This document shows, in pieces, positions 38,624 to 48,916 of a stretch of DNA of 64,000 nucleotides. Numbering within the stretch: position 1 is the first letter of the stretch; each line of letters starts with the position of its first letter. A model generated the notes under the pieces. That model was not told the DNA's origin. It was given only the letters and a program-made list of their open reading frames with translations, and did not search any database. Location: the NCBI GenBank assembly GCA_964639245.1, contig CAZXCU010000001.1, forward strand, positions 876,521 to 940,520, given 5' to 3'. The position numbers and the translations under genes are program-made. The stretch comes from an uncultured Anaerolineae bacterium. GTDB taxonomy: Bacteria; Chloroflexota; Anaerolineae; Aggregatilineales; J027.

Positions 38624-40525
38624 ATGGATGCGTTTGCCCCCCCGACGACGGAATGGTACTACCCTGCGGATGACATCGTAAAAAATGCCCATGTCCCCGA
38701 TTATGAGGCTGAATACAAAGAGGCCATGCAGGATATTGAAGCGTTCTGGGCGAAACGGGCTGCCAAATTAGACTGGTTCAAGCCATTTGAAAAGGTTTTG
38801 GATGCCAGCCAAGCCCCTTTTTATAAATGGTTTGTGGGTGGAAAAATTAATATTGCCCACAACGCCGTAGACCGTCATGTCAAAACATGGCGTAAAAATA
38901 AAGTCGCGCTCATCTGGGAAGGCGAACCCGGTGACAAGCGGACGTTTTCGTACTGGCGGTTGTATCAAGAAGTCAATCGGTTTGCGAATGTGCTGAAAAG
39001 CATGGGGGTTCGCAAAGGGGATCGGGTCACGATTTATATGGGGCGTATCCCGGAATTGCCGATTGCAATGTTGGCTTGTGCGAAATTGGGCGCGGTGCAT
39101 AGTGTGGTTTACGGTGGTTTTTCTGAACAAGCGCTGGCAGACCGCATTGAAGACGCGCAAAGCCGTGTTGTGATTACCTGCGACGGGGCATGGCTGCGCG
39201 GAAAAATTGTCAATTTAAAGGCCGTTGTCAATGAAGCCATTCACCGTTCGCCCATTGTTGAGCATGTGATTGTGGTCAAACGCACGGGTCAGGATGTGCA
39301 TATGGAACAGGGGCGCGATTATTGGTATCACGACCTTGCCGCTCTGCCCATCGCCAGCACCAAATGTGAAACCGAAGTGATGGATGCCGAAGACCCCTTA
39401 TTCATCCTGTATACCAGTGGCACCACCGGCAAACCCAAAGGCATTTTACACACCCACGGCGGGTATCAGGTCTATACCTCTACTACGCTGGAATGGACAT
39501 TTGATATTAAGGATGATGACCGTTGGTGGTGTGCGGCGGATCCGGGGTGGATTACCGGACACAGTTATATTGTGTATGCGCCGTTAATTCTAGGCGCAAC
39601 CAGCTTCATGTACGAAGGCGCACCGGATTTCCCCTATCCCAGTCGCTGGTGGAAATTGGTCGAAGAATATGGCATTTCGATTTTGTATACCGCCCCGACA
39701 GCCATTCGTGGGCTGATGCGTTTCGGAGAAGCATGGCCTAATCGTTATGATTTGAGTAGTTTACGCCTATTGGGGTCGGTGGGTGAACCCATTAATCCCG
39801 AAGCATGGCGCTGGTATCACCAGCATATTGGTAAAGGTCGCTGCCCCATCATGGATACATGGTGGCAAACCGAAACCGGCGGATTCATGATTACGCCGTT
39901 GCCATCCGTTGGACTCAAACCCGGCAGCGCAACCCGCCCCTTCCCCGGCATTGAAGTGGATGTGGTAGATGAGGATGGCAAGACCTGTGCGCCCGGTGTG
40001 GATGGCAAATTGGTGGTGAAAAAGCCATGGCCCGGCATGTTGCGGACGGTGTACGGCGACCCTGACCGCTATGTGAAACAATATTGGACAGAATACGAAA
40101 AACAGGGCTGGTACTTGGCAGGCGACTCGGCGCGTAAAGATGAAGATGGTTATATCTGGGTCATCGGGCGCATTGATGATGTTATCAAGGTCAGCGGTTA
40201 TCGTCTGGGAACTGCCGAAATTGAATCTGGCTTGGTGAGCCATCCGGCGGTTGCCGAATCGGCTGTGATTGGTGTTCCCGATGAAGTCAAAGGCCATGCC
40301 ATTTACGCTTACTGCATTTTGCGGGCGGGTTTTACGGGCAATATGGAATTGGAGGACAAACTCAAAGACCATATCCGCCACGAAGTTGGCCCGATTGCGG
40401 TTCCTTCCCACATTCATTTTGTGGACAAACTCCCCAAAACCCGTTCGGGCAAAATTATGCGGCGTGTCCTCAAGGCACGGGCGCAGGGCTTGCCTGAAGG
40501 GGATTTGAGTACCTTAGAAGAATAA
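38624..40525 (+). CDS. acs: Acetyl-CoA synthetase (AMP-forming acetate--CoA ligase)
   Basis: [14 protein letters not shown]-binding motif, YWQTETGG, C-terminal GKIMRR; N-terminal ACAS_N domain; GAGGAG SD. Confidence 0.9.
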   Translation: MDAFAPPTTEWYYPADDIVKNAHVPDYEAEYKEAMQDIEAFWAKRAAKLDWFKPFEKVLDASQAPFYKWFVGGKINIAHNAVDRHVKTWRKNKVALIWEGEPGDKRTFSYWRLYQEVNRFANVLKSMGVRKGDRVTIYMGRIPELPIAMLACAKLGAVHSVVYGGFSEQALADRIEDAQSRVVITCDGAWLRGKIVNLKAVVNEAIHRSPIVEHVIVVKRTGQDVHMEQGRDYWYHDLAALPIASTKCETEVMDAEDPLFILYTSGTTGKPKGILHTHGGYQVYTSTTLEWTFDIKDDDRWWCAADPGWITGHSYIVYAPLILGATSFMYEGAPDFPYPSRWWKLVEEYGISILYTAPTAIRGLMRFGEAWPNRYDLSSLRLLGSVGEPINPEAWRWYHQHIGKGRCPIMDTWWQTETGGFMITPLPSVGLKPGSATRPFPGIEVDVVDEDGKTCAPGVDGKLVVKKPWPGMLRTVYGDPDRYVKQYWTEYEKQGWYLAGDSARKDEDGYIWVIGRIDDVIKVSGYRLGTAEIESGLVSHPAVAESAVIGVPDEVKGHAIYAYCILRAGFTGNMELEDKLKDHIRHEVGPIAVPSHIHFVDKLPKTRSGKIMRRVLKARAQGLPEGDLSTLEE

Positions 40526-40614
40526 AACCTGCTTTTCCGGGGCAGTATTGTGTGATGCTGCCCCCACCTTCATCAGAAATTTATACGTCTCCCCCATAAT
40601 ACAAATAAATACTG

Positions 40615-41730
40615 GTGGAGTCTGCCATGCGAATCTTGGTATTTTTTCTCTCGCTTGGTTTTCTTTTGGTCGTATTTTCGGCAAGTGACGCGGCGCAAGA
40701 TTGTGCAGACGGGTTGTGGCATGTAAATGGGGTTTGTGTTCCTGCCACTGAATTGCAATTGGAGGACGGCTGGAATTCGATTTTGCCAGCAGGTGAAACC
40801 TCCTGCGCTCACGGCACATCGTTTGAATTCTGGATACGTCCCGGTAGCAGTGACGATTTGTTGGTGTATTTTGAGGGCGGCGGCGGGTGCTGGAACGCCG
40901 AAACCTGTCAAGTGGGCAGCAGTTGGTACAACCAGTCGGTGCAGGAAAATCAGGCGAACCGCAACCGCAGTGGTATTTTTGACATGAATAATCCCGAAAA
41001 TCCCTTTCAAGACTATACCTATGTGTATGTCCCTTCCTGCACAGGCGATGTGTATATGGGCGCAAAATACAAAGATTATGGGGAGGGTGTCGAAATCTAT
41101 CATCATGGCTTTTACAATTTGCAAGCAGCGTTGAATTTTGTCTTTGAGGCCATCAAGCAACCTGAGTCGGTTTTTGTGACCGGATGCAGCGCAGGGAGTG
41201 TCGGGTCAGCCATTGCCGCCCCCTACTTGATTCAACATTATCCCGATATACCCGTCTATCAATTGGGCGATTCATTGGGCGCGATTTTTGATACACCGGA
41301 CGATATGGATGTTTTGTGGGGGGTACAGGCGAGTTTGCCCGCGTGGATTCCTGAAATGCCGCCTGCCACCGCGTTCACTATGAGCGCTTATTATCGTGCG
41401 CTGGCAAATTTTTATCCTGGCTATGTGTTCGGGCAGGTCAACTCATTATATGACCGGGTGCAGCAGCGCTATTTCAGTATCGGACAATATGACCCTGCCG
41501 CCTTTTTAGCCGAATCGCTGGACAATACGCTCACAAGCATTGCTAACAACGCACCGAATTTCCGCGCCTACACCGCCGAAGGCGATGTTCACTGCCTGAC
41601 TCCCCGTGCTGAATTTTATGAATATGAAGTCAATGGGGTGCGCCTGGTGGACTGGGTAGCCGCTTATGCTCAAGGGGAGGATGTAGAGACGATCCACTGC
41701 GAAAATTGCGAACGGGTTTATCAGGAGTAA
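40615..41730 (+). CDS. Secreted pectin-acetylesterase (PAE/Notum) family esterase
   Basis: Signal peptide; LLVYFEGGGGCWNAETC matches the PAE-family signature; GCSAGS nucleophile elbow. Confidence 0.7.
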   Translation: MESAMRILVFFLSLGFLLVVFSASDAAQDCADGLWHVNGVCVPATELQLEDGWNSILPAGETSCAHGTSFEFWIRPGSSDDLLVYFEGGGGCWNAETCQVGSSWYNQSVQENQANRNRSGIFDMNNPENPFQDYTYVYVPSCTGDVYMGAKYKDYGEGVEIYHHGFYNLQAALNFVFEAIKQPESVFVTGCSAGSVGSAIAAPYLIQHYPDIPVYQLGDSLGAIFDTPDDMDVLWGVQASLPAWIPEMPPATAFTMSAYYRALANFYPGYVFGQVNSLYDRVQQRYFSIGQYDPAAFLAESLDNTLTSIANNAPNFRAYTAEGDVHCLTPRAEFYEYEVNGVRLVDWVAAYAQGEDVETIHCENCERVYQE

Positions 41731-41753
41731 AGGCAAAACGGTTTGTGATATTT

Positions 41754-42836
41754 TCACTTTACCTTCGGCGTTTCAAAACTTTCGGCAAAGTCATTGATAA
41801 ATTCTGGTTGCAGATAAGTCAGGACATCGTGTACCTGTGCGACCTTTGTTTTGAGCGCCCGATAGGGAATAAATTTACAGATCTTATTCAGGGGTGGCTT
41901 GAGATGGGTAAAGGCCGGGCGGTTGATTTCGCTGAAAACTTTGGTGCGGCGTTCATCCGGTGCGACGATATACAGGCGAATGTGAATATTCGGGTGCATC
42001 GAAACCAGATCCGCCATCCGAAGCAACCCCGAATAAACTGCACTGGTATGCTCAATTTCAAACGCGGCGATGATGGCATTTTCGCGCAGCCACAGCACAT
42101 CAATCAATTCAATCGTGCGGTTGGTGGCAGCATCAAATTGGCGGGGCAGGCTGTCCAGCAATCGCGGGATGCTTTGAAAATATTGCCCCTCAAATTCGCG
42201 GTGACGGTCATTGCGGGCGACCCACACATCCAGACCCATTTTGCTGCCCGTTTCGAGCAGCAGCCATTGAATTTCATCATGCGTGGCGGATTCAACCGTT
42301 TCTTCGGGCAGTTCCTCGACATCTTCCGGCACGGTCACTGCTCCGGTGACGGATTCATACAAAGCCAGCGCCAATTTATCGGGGTCAAGTTCGCGGAAAA
42401 TGGGGTCTTCGCTGGCGTTTTCCAGTGCGGCAATGATCACCGCCGCATCTTCAGGGGTTTCCTGCACGGGGGCGCTGCGAAAATGGATTGTCCAGCCTCG
42501 CGGGTCAGTGAGATTTTGAAAATAGGCCAATTCGCTGCGTAAATCGGTCACGGGGATGCCATATTCCGGCAGCAGCGCCAGCATCACCCGCACAGGCACA
42601 CGCGCCGAAAAAACACGCTCCGACCAGATGGGTTTATAGCCTTTGTAGGGTGCGCCCGTGACTTCCATCAGGGCAACATAGCGCGAAAGTCCGGTCAGGT
42701 AGACTAGCACAATGTCGCCGGCTTGCATCTGCTGGACGGTTGCCCATCGCCGTTCGGGGAACCCCGCCACCGTTCCACCCGCGTTAAGGAATTCCTGCCA
42801 TGTCTGCCATGAATAGAGCTGCGTCCAGTAATTCAT
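41754..42836 (-). CDS. EVE (PUA-like) domain protein fused to a C-terminal nuclease-like domain; candidate modification-dependent (type IV) restriction enzyme
   Basis: N-terminal MNYW...RRW..V.QM.AGDIVLVY...FRSAPV fits the EVE fold signature. C-terminal ELIDVLWL...AAFEIEH has a D / E-x-E(K) restriction-endonuclease-like pattern. Confidence 0.5.
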   Translation of the reverse strand: MNYWTQLYSWQTWQEFLNAGGTVAGFPERRWATVQQMQAGDIVLVYLTGLSRYVALMEVTGAPYKGYKPIWSERVFSARVPVRVMLALLPEYGIPVTDLRSELAYFQNLTDPRGWTIHFRSAPVQETPEDAAVIIAALENASEDPIFRELDPDKLALALYESVTGAVTVPEDVEELPEETVESATHDEIQWLLLETGSKMGLDVWVARNDRHREFEGQYFQSIPRLLDSLPRQFDAATNRTIELIDVLWLRENAIIAAFEIEHTSAVYSGLLRMADLVSMHPNIHIRLYIVAPDERRTKVFSEINRPAFTHLKPPLNKICKFIPYRALKTKVAQVHDVLTYLQPEFINDFAESFETPKVK

Positions 42837-42859
42837 GCCCTTATTTTAACACGGGCGTT

Positions 42860-44095
42860 CTATCCTACTCCAACCGTTTTTTGCCAGATTATTAAATTGC
42901 CAGCATAGTCCGCGCTGGCGAGATAATTGCCATCGGGACTCCATTGAAGAAAAGTTACTATCTCTTCATGTTGATGCAGCGTAGCCACCTGCTGTTCTAA
43001 CTCGATATCCCAAATGTGAACTTCGTGATATCTATTTTCGCTAAAAGGATCAACAGGCGTTTCAGCAAAATACTTCCCATCATGGGTAAGTGATGTGAGG
43101 ATTGTGGTATCATCAAAATCAATTTGAAATAATAATTTTTGTCCAAATTTATCCCAAAAGTATATATGGCGTAACTCAGCGATAAGGCAATAATTTCCTT
43201 CTTTATCCCACCCATAAGCATAATGAGTTCTAATATCTGGCATATCAAAAACGCTGATGGCTTGTTCGCTCTCAAAATCCCATAAAGTGAGATAGCCTGT
43301 AAAGCGCTGTGTATCTGCATGACGAGTAGTGATTAAAGTGCCGTTAGGATTCCATTTAGCTTCCCATAAAGTCATTTTGGTGATAGAGGTCATTTTTTTA
43401 ATCAATTTATTGGATGAAACTTCCCAGATTTGAAGCTCTAAACCATTAGCGATAGCGAGATATTCCCCATTTGGACTCCATGTTGTGTCATAGGCATTGG
43501 ATGAATAAATCGAGGCAGTATTTGACTCAAGAAATTTCCATACTTTTCCATCATAAGCAATTGAATCGCTCATTGGACTCCATACAAAAACATCAATATT
43601 TGTATTGGTTAAGACTGCGCGTAAATTACCTGTACTATCCCATATTTTCAGTGTTTTATCTTGACTGTAGGTTGCCAGATATACCCCATTTGGACTCCAA
43701 TCCGCCTGTAGTATGAGATCTGTATAACCTTGCAGGATTGCAACAGGTTGTTGTGCTGCTAATGACCAGATTTCTATTGTCGGTGCATTGCTATACCAGA
43801 TTGCAATCAGTTCACTATTGGGATGCCATTGCCAGTTCACCTCACTTGCTGCTGTATCTAACAGGACATTACCAGTGGCTACCTCGTAGACTCTCATTCT
43901 GCTTGAATTTCTTTCGATTGTTCCGTCCAGCATATACGCGATAATTTTTTGGCTGTCAGGACTCCATTGCATCGGTTGGTTAGTATTCGCATCAATAGGG
44001 AGGTTGAGTTGGAGAATGTCTATCCATGTGACGTTATTTTGGACGGGTAAAAAGGAACTTATTAAAAAGATAGCCAAGCTGATTCTTATTAGCAT
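42860..44095 (-). CDS. Secreted WD40/beta-propeller repeat protein
   Basis: Signal peptide and >=7 repeats with W-S-P-D/N-G signatures (WSPNGEYLA, WSPDGNYLA, WSPNGVYLA). Confidence 0.7.
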   Translation of the reverse strand: MLIRISLAIFLISSFLPVQNNVTWIDILQLNLPIDANTNQPMQWSPDSQKIIAYMLDGTIERNSSRMRVYEVATGNVLLDTAASEVNWQWHPNSELIAIWYSNAPTIEIWSLAAQQPVAILQGYTDLILQADWSPNGVYLATYSQDKTLKIWDSTGNLRAVLTNTNIDVFVWSPMSDSIAYDGKVWKFLESNTASIYSSNAYDTTWSPNGEYLAIANGLELQIWEVSSNKLIKKMTSITKMTLWEAKWNPNGTLITTRHADTQRFTGYLTLWDFESEQAISVFDMPDIRTHYAYGWDKEGNYCLIAELRHIYFWDKFGQKLLFQIDFDDTTILTSLTHDGKYFAETPVDPFSENRYHEVHIWDIELEQQVATLHQHEEIVTFLQWSPDGNYLASADYAGNLIIWQKTVGVG

Positions 44096-44103
44096 AAAAA
44101 TCC

Positions 44104-44559
44104 TTATGGGGTAGCCAGAGGTGAAATGAGAGAAATTCTGTCCCCGAAACGCTTCATGTCATCAATGTTAATGGTCAATAGGGTGTCAATGCCGTGTACC
44201 AGCATCGTGGCAACGATATTGGCATCATGAATTTGCTTGCCAATTGTCGGATATTCTTTCAAAAGTTGCAGCAGTTGCTCGGTGGTTTGTTGAGTTTCGT
44301 CTGCGGCACGGAACAATGTCTGGATGTTTTGTACATACTTAATGCGTTGTTCTATAGACATTTGAATTTGGAGCGTGTTGGGATGCGTCGCTTGAACCAG
44401 ATATTCTCGAATGATTTGGCGACTAATCCATAATTCAATATTATCATTCCACATTTTATCCACAATAGCGAGACATTCTTTATGATGTGGTAATGTGCTG
44501 TATATCGCTCGTAACAGCACATTCGTATCAACAAACGCTTTAGCGCCCCTCATCGTCAT
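44104..44559 (-). CDS. vapC: PIN-domain toxin (VapC family)
   Basis: FVDTNVLLRA N-terminal PIN acidic motif; 20-bp overlap with the upstream small antitoxin gene. Confidence 0.75.
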   Translation of the reverse strand: MTMRGAKAFVDTNVLLRAIYSTLPHHKECLAIVDKMWNDNIELWISRQIIREYLVQATHPNTLQIQMSIEQRIKYVQNIQTLFRAADETQQTTEQLLQLLKEYPTIGKQIHDANIVATMLVHGIDTLLTINIDDMKRFGDRISLISPLATP

Positions 44560-44767
44560 ACCAATCCTCGCGCCTCACGGATGGTTCATTTTTCATCGGA
44601 ATATCGCTCACTATTGCGTTGAGTAACGCCTTGCGTTCTTGGTTTGTTAATTCGCGCTGTTGAGAGACCCCCTGCAAATGGGCAATTAAGTCGGCTTTTT
44701 TATCGGGTGGAAGCTGCTTGGCTAATTCGACCAGTGTTTCAAATGGAATTTGCAATGTCACCGTCAT
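44540..44767 (-). CDS. Putative antitoxin of the VapC module
   Basis: 75-aa protein immediately upstream of and overlapping the PIN gene. Confidence 0.5.
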   Translation of the reverse strand: MTVTLQIPFETLVELAKQLPPDKKADLIAHLQGVSQQRELTNQERKALLNAIVSDIPMKNEPSVRREDWYDDEGR

Positions 44768-44883
44768 GGCTTATTTCCTCCTAATTACAAGCATAACCCA
44801 TCCTGTTATTTTACAGCACTTTCATTGGTTTAACCGCCGTTCAATGGTATATTTACCCGCAACAAAATGTTGCTATAAGGATT

Positions 44884-46953
44884 GTGTTTATGCTGACGGT
44901 TGGGGAAAAAATTCTCTTTTTCATTTTCGCGTTGGCGGCGTTGGGCGTGGCTGCCGATGGATTCTGGAAATTGTGGCTCATCATCAACCGGGGGGAAGGC
45001 AAACTCCACTGGGATGAACTGCCCGCCCGTGTGTTCAAAGCGCTGCGGGTCTATCTCTCGCAGGAAACCACCCTCAAAACCCGCCCAACCACCAGTTTAT
45101 TTCATCTCGGGGTGGTGTGGGGGTTTACCTTCTATTTTCTGGTCAACGCGGGCGACCTGCTCGAAGGCTACATCGTGGATTTCAAATTTTTAGGCGACAC
45201 CCTGCTAGCCGATGCTTACCATTTTGTCGGTGATATTTTGAGCGTGGTCGTGCTGGTCGGTGTGTCCTATTTTATTCTGCGGCGGTTTGTGCTGCCGAAT
45301 AAAAAAGAATTGCAGTACCACGAAAATGTGCTGCTGCATCCGAAAGTCGCTGCTGGTGCTGTCACACGCGATTCGCTGATTGTGGCGAGTTTTATTCTGT
45401 TGCATGTAGGTTCGCGTTTTCTCGGTGAATCGACCAAAGTAGAGCTTGGTTTGCGTGATGCCGAATTCATGCCGTTTGCGACAGTCGTGGGCGCGGCGAT
45501 GGGCGAAATTTTCAGCGAAGGCACACTCGAAATTTTTGAACACCTTTTCTGGTGGTTGGCATTGGGTGGAATCGTTGCGTTTTTGCCGTATTTTCCCCAG
45601 ACCAAACACGCCCATTTGTTCATGGCTCCGTTTAACTTCCTGACCCGTCCACACCGCACCTCATTAGGCGAAATGGACTTTTTAAATCTGGAAGATGACA
45701 CCAGAGAACAATTCGGTGCGGGCAAAATTGAACACCTTTCCAAAACCGCCATTGTGGACGGATTCGCCTGTATCATGTGCAATCGATGTCAGGATGTGTG
45801 TCCGGCGTATACCACCGGCAAGGAATTGTCGCCCTCCGCTTATGAAATTAATAAGCGCTTCATGATAAAAGACGATTTTAACCTGCTGGCGATGTTCGAT
45901 ACCGAGTCTACCCATAAATTGATGGGAACTGCCATCAGCGAGTCGGCGGTGTGGGCGTGTACGGCGTGCGGGGCCTGTATCGAAATTTGTCCGGTGGGCA
46001 ACGAACCCATGATTGATATTTTGAACATCCGTCGGGATGCCGTTTTGATGGAAGGCGCATTACCGGGCGAACTCCAAACCGCAATTAACGGCATGGAACG
46101 GCAGGGCAATCCGTGGGGCATTTCCGAACCGCGTTTTGTCTGGGCAAAAGATATGCACGTTCCCACTGTCGAAGAAAATCCCAACTTTGAGATTTTGTAC
46201 TGGGTAGGCTGTGCGGCCAATTATGACCCCCGCGCTCAGATTACCGCCCGTTCGTTTGTTAAGATTCTGGAAAAAGCCGGGGTCAATTTCGCGGTGTTGG
46301 GCGAACGTGAGAATTGCACAGGGGACGTAGCGCGGCGAGCAGGCAAAGAAGATACCTATTTTGAACTCGCCACTGGCAACGTCGAAACCCTGAACGAAGT
46401 CAATCCACCGCGTATTGTTGTGACTTGCCCCCACTGCCTGCATAATCTGGGCAAGGAATATCATCAATTTGGCGGGAATTATGAGGTCATTCACCACACC
46501 CAACTGATTGATGAACTGATGGTAGCAGGCAAAATCCCCGAAAATGCGTGGCCTAAAAAACTGCCGAATGTCACCTTCCATGACCCATGTTATCTCGGAC
46601 GGCACAACGAAGTCTTTAACGCGCCGCGTACCATCCTCAACAAATCCAACGCCGAACTGATTGAAATGCCGCGCACCCGCGAAAATTCTTTCTGCTGCGG
46701 GGCAGGTGGGGCGCAGTTCTGGAAAGAAGAAGAACATGGCACGGAAGCCGTCAGCGTGAATCGGCTCAAAGAAGCAACGGCAACCGGGGCGGAAGTGCTG
46801 GCGGTGGGCTGCCCCTTCTGTATGCAGATGTTCAATTCTGCCAAGGGAGAAGTGGAAGGCGCACCCGAAATTAAGGACGTGGCAGAACTCATCGCCGATA
46901 ACTTGTCCGATTTTGTGCCTGTGACAGCGGCAGCACCCGCACACCACCACTAG
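44884..46953 (+). CDS. Membrane-anchored (Fe-S)-binding oxidoreductase with two 4Fe-4S motifs and two CCG domains (HdrD/GlpC/DsrK-like)
   Basis: N-terminal ~5 TM helices; CIMCNRCQDVCP and CTACGACIEICP ferredoxin motifs; CPHCLHNL and FCCGAGG CCG-domain cysteines. Confidence 0.75.
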   Translation: MFMLTVGEKILFFIFALAALGVAADGFWKLWLIINRGEGKLHWDELPARVFKALRVYLSQETTLKTRPTTSLFHLGVVWGFTFYFLVNAGDLLEGYIVDFKFLGDTLLADAYHFVGDILSVVVLVGVSYFILRRFVLPNKKELQYHENVLLHPKVAAGAVTRDSLIVASFILLHVGSRFLGESTKVELGLRDAEFMPFATVVGAAMGEIFSEGTLEIFEHLFWWLALGGIVAFLPYFPQTKHAHLFMAPFNFLTRPHRTSLGEMDFLNLEDDTREQFGAGKIEHLSKTAIVDGFACIMCNRCQDVCPAYTTGKELSPSAYEINKRFMIKDDFNLLAMFDTESTHKLMGTAISESAVWACTACGACIEICPVGNEPMIDILNIRRDAVLMEGALPGELQTAINGMERQGNPWGISEPRFVWAKDMHVPTVEENPNFEILYWVGCAANYDPRAQITARSFVKILEKAGVNFAVLGERENCTGDVARRAGKEDTYFELATGNVETLNEVNPPRIVVTCPHCLHNLGKEYHQFGGNYEVIHHTQLIDELMVAGKIPENAWPKKLPNVTFHDPCYLGRHNEVFNAPRTILNKSNAELIEMPRTRENSFCCGAGGAQFWKEEEHGTEAVSVNRLKEATATGAEVLAVGCPFCMQMFNSAKGEVEGAPEIKDVAELIADNLSDFVPVTAAAPAHHH

Positions 46954-47129
46954 ATTAAGATTTTTAACTGAAGGCGGCGCTGGTCGCCTTCATTGTAATA
47001 CCCCATTTTTAAAAGTTGTCATCGAGAATCGCGTGTTTCCCACACTTTCCCACACTTCTGGCATTTTCCCCTATAATTTATCGTTTATGTTGCAAAAAAT
47101 GTGGGAAAAAGTATGGGAAACTGTGGTAA

Positions 47130-47157
47130 TTGACAAACTTTATTGCCTCCGTATTAA
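47130..47157 (+). promoter_or_regulatory. Sigma-70-like promoter (TTGACA-16 nt-TATTAA) in the AT-rich spacer upstream of the vapBC/hicB cluster; a second TATAAT at 47240-47245
   Basis: TTGACA 47130-47135, TATTAA 47152-47157. Confidence 0.4.
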
Positions 47158-47268
47158 GGTACAACTTCACTATCGCGTAAAACGAGTCATCGATCTTGCA
47201 AATCTAGCCGATTGCCAAACTGGGGAAGGGTTTATTGGTATAATGCAGCATAGAAAGGTAGGTGAAGC

Positions 47269-47502
47269 ATGTCAGATATGATGGTCAAAGTGGATGTACT
47301 TCAATTGGTGTCGCAACTATCGCGGGAGGAAAAAGAACACCTGCTGCGTTATCTGGAAAATGAGTTTGGGATTTTCCCGCGTCCCATCATGGAAATTACA
47401 CCGCCTATGACCGAAGAAGAAGCGCGTGCATTCGCTGATGAATTAGGAAAGGCTGGGCCAATTTCTCATTACATTATTGAAGAAAGGCAAGAAGGATATT
47501 AA
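47269..47502 (+). CDS. Putative antitoxin of the VapC module
   Basis: 77 aa, AGGTAGG SD, stop overlaps the start of the PIN gene (TAATGG). Confidence 0.5.
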   Translation: MSDMMVKVDVLQLVSQLSREEKEHLLRYLENEFGIFPRPIMEITPPMTEEEARAFADELGKAGPISHYIIEERQEGY

Positions 47503-47963
47503 TGGCAATCTATTATATGGATTCTAGTGCCTTAATAAAACACTATCTCACAGAAAAAGGTTCAAATTGGATCAATAACCTCTTTGACCCTATGCAAGGA
47601 AATTTGCTTTATATTTCACGAGTCACCGATGCTGAATTTGCTAGTTCGCTTTCTCGAAGAGTGCGAGAAGGGGCAATTTCACAAGCTGACCATGCAAATT
47701 CGTTAAATCGGTATTTTTACCAGCAATTGGTATTTCTGAGAATAGTTGAGATGGATACTGCTTTAACCGCAAAAGCAGCTCAACTAACTTTGACACGGGC
47801 GTTACGTTCTAACGACAGTATACAACTTGCCAGTGCCATAAAAATCAATGCGCTTTTTGTAACCTATAAAGCAAGTCTGATTTTCTTATCTGCCGATGTT
47901 CGTCTATTAGCGGCTGCACAGGCGGAAGGGCTGCTTGTAGATAATCCTGAGAATTATCCGTAA
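47502..47963 (+). CDS. vapC: PIN-domain toxin (VapC family)
   Basis: MAIYYMDSSALIKHYL PIN N-terminal motif; ~40% GC by eye. Confidence 0.8.
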   Translation: MAIYYMDSSALIKHYLTEKGSNWINNLFDPMQGNLLYISRVTDAEFASSLSRRVREGAISQADHANSLNRYFYQQLVFLRIVEMDTALTAKAAQLTLTRALRSNDSIQLASAIKINALFVTYKASLIFLSADVRLLAAAQAEGLLVDNPENYP

Positions 47964-47982
47964 TTTTTAGCAGGAGTTTTTC

Positions 47983-48183
47983 ATGTCCACACGACACATT
48001 TTGATTTATCCCGGTGAAGATGGGTATTTTGTGGTGGAATGTCCGAGTTTGCCGGGCTGTGTGAGTCAAGGCAAAACCCGTGAGGAAGCCATCGAAAATA
48101 TCAAAGAAGCAATTGAACTTTATATTGAAGATTTGATTGAAACTGGGGATGAAGTATCTAAGAATTGGAATTTATGTCTTTAA
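47983..48183 (+). CDS. hicB: HicB-family antitoxin (UPF0150), orphan with no adjacent HicA
   Basis: ILIYPGEDGYFVVECPSLPGCVSQGKTREEAIENIKEAIELYIEDL is a near-consensus HicB N-terminal RNase-H-like fold sequence. Confidence 0.8.
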   Translation: MSTRHILIYPGEDGYFVVECPSLPGCVSQGKTREEAIENIKEAIELYIEDLIETGDEVSKNWNLCL

Positions 48184-48310
48184 TTTTTATCTACATGAAA
48201 ACTACATTTTGTTTGAAATTTATTACAAAATGAACATTAGTTCTTTACTATCATCCAAAATATGATACGCTTGCATAAACTTCATGGGAAAATTAAGAGG
48301 TGGTGTTTGT

Positions 48311-48916
48311 ATGTCGAAGAAAAAGGACAAAAGTAAAAATTTAAATGGTTATTACATTCAAATATTTAGCCCTAATGGGAGCTATGAAAGCGAAATAAAC
48401 AAAGGACAACACGATAAGGTAATGTTGTTTCTGCTGACCAACTCAAATCTCCCGTCGTCTATTAATTTAACTTCGCCCATCGAAGAATCTAAAATTGACA
48501 ATCAAGTTGCAAACAAAACTAATGAAAATCCACAAACTCGGCCTCTGCGTAGAAAAACCCGTCAGGATACATACACTGTTGTAAAAGACTTAGATCTTGT
48601 AAAAGGAAAAGATGGTGTAAGCCTACAAACCTTTTACAATCAATATAAAGCAGATACGATATATGAAAAAAATGTATTGTTTGTTTACTACCTTAAAAAT
48701 TATTTAGGAATAGAACAGGTCAATGTAAATCACATATTCAGCTGTTATAAAAAACTTGGTGTTAGATTACCCAGTTTACTAAAACAGAGCATTTTAGACA
48801 CTGCAAGTCGTCAAGGTTGGCTTGATACTTCTACAACCGATAATATTCGGTTGACTGTTTCAGGAGAAAATGCTGTTGAGCATGACATTAAGAAAGCGGA
48901 TGTAAAATCTGAATGA
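48311..48916 (+). CDS. Hypothetical protein A of the AT-rich cassette: Lys-rich disordered N-terminus and C-terminal wHTH-like domain paralogous to the N-terminus of protein B
   Basis: AAGAGGTGG SD 6 nt before ATG 48311 (the track ORF begins at 48284). C-terminal VLFVYYLKNYLG...NHIFSCYKKLG...DNIRLTVSGENA aligns with DLVKYFLYFITV...DIRNCFQELH...SGYRLERSEEQ of the next protein. Confidence 0.5.
   Translation: MSKKKDKSKNLNGYYIQIFSPNGSYESEINKGQHDKVMLFLLTNSNLPSSINLTSPIEESKIDNQVANKTNENPQTRPLRRKTRQDTYTVVKDLDLVKGKDGVSLQTFYNQYKADTIYEKNVLFVYYLKNYLGIEQVNVNHIFSCYKKLGVRLPSLLKQSILDTASRQGWLDTSTTDNIRLTVSGENAVEHDIKKADVKSE

Noticed and set aside
39767-40417. 216-aa minus-strand ORF
   Set aside because: Antisense inside the acs gene.
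46060-46950. 296-aa minus-strand ORF
   Set aside because: Antisense inside the Fe-S/CCG oxidoreductase gene, Cys/His/Arg-rich without motif order.
47033-47281. 82-aa plus-strand ORF (MFPTLSHTSG...)
   Set aside because: It covers the AT-rich promoter region with TTGACA/TATAAT boxes upstream of vapB; no RBS; likely non-coding.
47964-48310. Missing hicA partner for hicB
   Set aside because: The flanking gaps were searched for a small dsRBD-like ORF; only AT-rich promoter-like sequence was found, so HicB is called an orphan rather than inventing a partner.
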